Assembly (NCBI GenBank): GCA_031425655.1
Contig: JANPJS010000303.1
Span: 1-18,386, forward strand
From: Abditibacteriaceae bacterium
GTDB lineage: Bacteria; Armatimonadota; Abditibacteriia; Abditibacteriales; Abditibacteriaceae
Reading direction: 5' to 3'
Length of the DNA: 18,386 nucleotides
Shown: positions 15,465-18,386 of the stretch, piece after piece
How the letters are laid out: each line of letters starts with the position of its first letter
Position numbering within the stretch: position 1 is the first letter of the stretch
The notes under the pieces: generated by a model
Database searches by the model: none
Told to the model about the DNA's origin: nothing
The model's input: only the letters and a program-made list of their open reading frames with translations
Position numbers and translations under genes: made by a program

Positions 15465-16424
15465 ATGCAAAATTCCCGCCCCCAAAACTGGCTCTGGAAA
15501 ACTATCGCTATGGTGGCTCTCCCATTCGCGTTGCTTGCCTTGCCGGTCTGGTGGCGGGAAAAGACATCGTGGCGGCCCTACCCATTGCCCGTGAAGTTTT
15601 GCGCGCGGTCAATTACCTTTTCGCCCGATAGCAAACTTGTCGCTGTCGGCGAGTTCGGTTGGGTCAATGTCTGGGAGGTGCAGAGTCATGCTCTGGTGAA
15701 GACCATCGAAACGGGTGGCATCGTTCAGATGCTGGCCTTTTCGCCGGACGGCAATACCTTGGTTTGTGGCATGAGTTCAAGCTACTTGGTGCTTTGGGAC
15801 TGGCGTAATGGCCGCCCCCTGACGAGAGAAAGTGTCAAAAGCAAACACCAATTTGGAAGCTCCAACGTCGAAACATTCGCCTTCACTCCGGATGGACAGT
15901 TTCTGATGGTCGGAATGGAGAATGGAGAATTGCAACGCTGGAACTTGCGGACTATGCAGGCGCGGCATTCCTTGACTAACGGGACTGGGAAGATTGGCGT
16001 GGCGCTGTCACCGGATGGGAGTCTTTTTGCGCGTTGTGATAACGGCGGGATTTCCCTCAACGACACCCGCACCGGCAAATTAAAAACCATGGTGGCAGGG
16101 GATGGCGGAACGGCCATTGCACTCTCGAAAGACGGCAGTGTGATGGCCGCAATTGGTTGGCGCGAGAAGCTCGTGGTTTGGAACACGCAAACCGGTGTCG
16201 AACTGCGTTCATGGCCGGCCACGATAGATCGAGGCACCGCGTTGGCGGCCATTTCCCCTGACGGCACCAAGGTTTCGGACGGCAATCATTTATGGGACGT
16301 GGCGACCGGCGAACTGTTAAAAGAGCTTTCCGGCGACCGAGACGAGGGGTTGGCCTTCTCACCCGACGGCGCGACGTTGGCGACAGGTTCATCGAACAGC
16401 GCCGAATTGTGGCGCTTGAAATGA
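15465..16424 (+). CDS. Membrane-anchored WD40-repeat beta-propeller protein
   Basis: 319 aa with an N-terminal hydrophobic anchor and about seven FSPDG/FTPDG/LSPDG...W(D/N/E) repeats. Confidence 0.9.
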   Translation: MQNSRPQNWLWKTIAMVALPFALLALPVWWREKTSWRPYPLPVKFCARSITFSPDSKLVAVGEFGWVNVWEVQSHALVKTIETGGIVQMLAFSPDGNTLVCGMSSSYLVLWDWRNGRPLTRESVKSKHQFGSSNVETFAFTPDGQFLMVGMENGELQRWNLRTMQARHSLTNGTGKIGVALSPDGSLFARCDNGGISLNDTRTGKLKTMVAGDGGTAIALSKDGSVMAAIGWREKLVVWNTQTGVELRSWPATIDRGTALAAISPDGTKVSDGNHLWDVATGELLKELSGDRDEGLAFSPDGATLATGSSNSAELWRLK

Positions 16425-16515
16425 AAAACGCGGACACCTATCCCGTTACAGCAGAAAAATAGCAGATTTTTGCCGGTTTTCTCGTCTATTTGGTTGAATA
16501 AACACCGAAAAACGC

Positions 16516-16725
16516 TTTTGGCGATGGTAAATTTACTTTTGGCGAAGAGAAATTCGCTTTTGGCGTCGGCGAAACCGGATTTGGTGTGGGCAAAGACAGG
16601 GTTTTCATCGCCGAACCGAGATTTGTCGTCGCCGACGCCGGATTTGTCGTCGCCGCCGCCGGGTTTGGCGTCGGCAAAAGTGGATTTTCCACTGCCGAGC
16701 ATCCGTTCTACCGCGAAAGCGAAGG
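16516..16725. repeat. Degenerate 21-bp tandem array, about 10 units, intergenic
   Basis: Units start at 16516, 16537, 16558, 16579, 16600, 16621, 16642, 16663, 16684 and 16705, e.g. TTTTGGCGTCGGCGAAACCGG, ATTTGTCGTCGCCGACGCCGG and GTTTGGCGTCGGCAAAAGTGG. Confidence 0.85.
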
Positions 16726-16800
16726 CTTCACGCCCGCCGGTCTGCTGGCCCTTGGCAACTCCATCGTCACCCGCGCCGGTTTTGGTTGATCGCAAATTAC

Positions 16801-17547
16801 ATGAGAAAACTTCCTCAATTAATCTCGACAAAACGCTTAGTCTTTGTCGGGATGGCACTCATTTTCGTGGCGGCGCTGGCCGCTGTTTGGCGCTCTCAGC
16901 AATCACCGGATAAAAAGATGCTGGTTGCCCTACAGCACGAGGAATATGAAGAAGTAAAAGCCGCAATAGACGCCGGGGCCAATCCAAATGCCGTGGTGCA
17001 GTCTGCTTCCCATTTGGTGCCGCCGGAGCCGGCGCTGGCCTATGCCATGCGATTATCCGGCCCGCGTGCCTACTATTTGGTGGAGAAGGGCGCCGATGTT
17101 AACGCAGTAACCGGGGATAACGCGCCGGTTTTGATCCAAGCCATCGAAAACCAAGATGTTAAATTGGTTGCCTTGATGCTCAGCAAAGGCGCCGATCCCA
17201 ATTGCTATTACCGAGTGAATCCTCGCGGTTATATCCTAAGCGGAACTAAGAATGCTCTCATGACGGCTATTGAGCTTAAGAACCTCGACATTGTGAAGCT
17301 ACTCCTGCAAAAAGGCGCGAACCCCAATTACAAGCTGCGAAGCGGCTTAAGCGAATTTAGTATTGGTTCAACCGTGCTTATCTGGGCTGTGGGAATTAAC
17401 TCTCCCGCAGTCAAATTGCTTTTAGAGGCCGGAGCCGACCCGACGGTGAAAGATGAGCACGGACGCACCGCGTTAGACGCAGCACGGCAGTTGAAGCGAG
17501 TTCAGACCGTTAAGGAACTAATGCAATGGCAAAATAAGAAGCCTTAG
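16801..17547 (+). CDS. Membrane-anchored ankyrin-repeat protein
   Basis: 248 aa from ATG 16801 with an N-terminal TM helix (LVFVGMALIFVAALAAVW). Repeats AIDAGANPN, LVEKGADVN, MLSKGADPN, LLQKGANPN and LLEAGADPT...GRTALD. Confidence 0.92.
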   Translation: MRKLPQLISTKRLVFVGMALIFVAALAAVWRSQQSPDKKMLVALQHEEYEEVKAAIDAGANPNAVVQSASHLVPPEPALAYAMRLSGPRAYYLVEKGADVNAVTGDNAPVLIQAIENQDVKLVALMLSKGADPNCYYRVNPRGYILSGTKNALMTAIELKNLDIVKLLLQKGANPNYKLRSGLSEFSIGSTVLIWAVGINSPAVKLLLEAGADPTVKDEHGRTALDAARQLKRVQTVKELMQWQNKKP

Positions 17548-17548
17548 C

Positions 17549-17876
17549 AGCATCCGCAGCCGGGTTTTGACTTGTAAGTCGTTTGGGATTGCAGCCATAG
17601 CCGCCAAACAACTTCACTATCGCTTAAAACTGCATCCCCAGCCGCCCAAGCCTTTAGAAATCGCTAAGAACTGTAGCCCCAGCCGCTCAACGACGTGTAA
17701 ATCGTTGGGAACTGCATCCCCAAGCGGCTTCGGGCTTGGGAAGCGTCTGCTATTGCAGCGCCAGACGATTTTTAAGCGGTTTGGGGCGTGCGGCTGCAAT
17801 ATCCAAGCAAAAGCGGGCTATAATTCGCTTGGAAACGCACTCCCGAACGGCTCCGCAGAAAAGCCGCGTTCGGGGC
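17549..17876. repeat. Degenerate 41-bp-period array with a palindromic core, 8 units
   Basis: TGCA-type core (AGCA/TGCA/TGTA/CGCA) at 17549, 17590, 17631, 17672, 17713, 17754, 17795 and 17836, exactly 41 bp apart. Consensus is about TCGYTTGGRAYTGCAKCCCCAGCCG, separated by ~16 variable nt. Confidence 0.8.
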
Positions 17877-18164
17877 GCAAATAAAAAAAGCGAGGCGCTT
17901 CAAAATTTGCCCGGTATCGCTCTGGCCGATTATCAGGCCGAAACACAGGCTTTCAAGGCGCTTTTCGACCAACTGCGCGCTTTGGTGGCGCAGCTTAAGC
18001 CGCTGTTGCAGCAACTCGATACGACAGGCCAGCCGTTGGATGCCAAAAACAAGGCGGCGCTGAAAACTCTGCGCGGCTTGTTGCAGGGCGGCGAAAACGA
18101 AGTGCTGCTCGACCAGATTACCGGCCCCGGCACACAAAGCAGTCCTGCGCCGCCTGTTGCGTAA
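17829..18164 (+). CDS. Small alpha-helical/coiled-coil hypothetical protein, start uncertain and possibly 5'-truncated
   Basis: Protein-like only from ~17875 (ANKKSEALQNLPGIALADYQAETQAFKALFDQLRALVAQLKPLLQQLD...LKTLRGLLQGG...), with amphipathic heptads and normal codon usage. There is no ATG; candidate TTG starts only. Confidence 0.55.
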   Translation: METHSRTAPQKSRVRGANKKSEALQNLPGIALADYQAETQAFKALFDQLRALVAQLKPLLQQLDTTGQPLDAKNKAALKTLRGLLQGGENEVLLDQITGPGTQSSPAPPVA

Positions 18165-18176
18165 ATACGGGAAGCC

Positions 18177-18219
18177 CGAAGCAGGGGAGGCATCAGCCTA
18201 TGATGCCTCCCCTGCTTCG
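18177..18219. terminator. Perfect 19-bp hairpin (terminator or REP-like)
   Basis: CGAAGCAGGGGAGGCATCA-GCCTA-TGATGCCTCCCCTGCTTCG lies 12 nt after the stop at 18164. No U-tract follows. Confidence 0.65.
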
Positions 18220-18279
18220 TATCTCGGCTGAAGGCCTTAAGCTAAGCCCGACGGAGAGTGAGTTTTGGTCGTATTGGCG

Positions 18280-18386
18280 GCCGGGGGGGGGGGGTGTTTT
18301 TTTTAAAAACCCCCCACCGCCCCCCAAAAAACACAAAAAATGATGAAAAATGGGGGGCGAAAAAAAAAGAGAAAGGGGGGGGTGGG
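18280..18386. other. Low-complexity homopolymer sequence, probable read or contig-end artefact
   Basis: Abrupt run of long G, T, A and C homopolymers unlike the rest of the window. Confidence 0.75.

Noticed and set aside
16286..16913. ORFs across the 21-bp array (190 aa minus; 147 aa and 67 aa plus)
   Set aside because: The two longer ORFs overlap flanking genes and all lack convincing starts. The Phe-heptad frame is closed by TAA at 16499 with no start before 16586. Open frames are expected from a stop-free repeat whose period is a multiple of 3.
17815..17825. GGGCTATAATT identical to the minus-strand 11-mer at 8762-8772
   Set aside because: It is most simply explained as a shared -10 consensus context or chance, and is not evidence of a specific regulon.
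17549..17876. Canonical CRISPR array
   Set aside because: The repeats are far too degenerate, the spacers are only ~16 nt, and there is no leader or cas gene in the window. It is kept as an unexplained array instead.
18280..18386. G-quadruplex or contingency-locus interpretation of the terminal homopolymers
   Set aside because: The mixture of long runs of all four bases at the very end is typical of low-quality base calls.

Overview
A bacterial window with two divergent halves. The left half (600-8741, minus strand) is a tightly coupled 7-gene operon: non-canonical acyl-CoA dehydrogenase, SerRS-like amino acid:[carrier protein] ligase, DUF1839, AcpS, carrier protein, GH2 beta-mannosidase-like enzyme and a tandem alpha/beta-hydrolase. 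It looks like an NRPS-independent aminoacyl-carrier pathway with an unknown product, possibly an aminoacyl-derived glycan or glycoside modification. The right half (9035-18164, plus strand) is an accessory run of exported or membrane-anchored proteins: an internally duplicated FN3/Ig-like protein, a large AT-richer secreted orphan, and TPR-like, WD40 and ankyrin proteins. The ankyrin gene is bracketed by two degenerate non-coding arrays of dyad-symmetric units with 21-bp and 41-bp periods; the 41-bp array abuts a small helical ORF. The left edge holds the end of a probable IS701-family transposase, a REP-like hairpin cluster and a truncated, frameshifted PIN/VapC gene. The last ~105 nt look like low-quality contig-end sequence. 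All family assignments come from motif recognition by eye, not from database searches.
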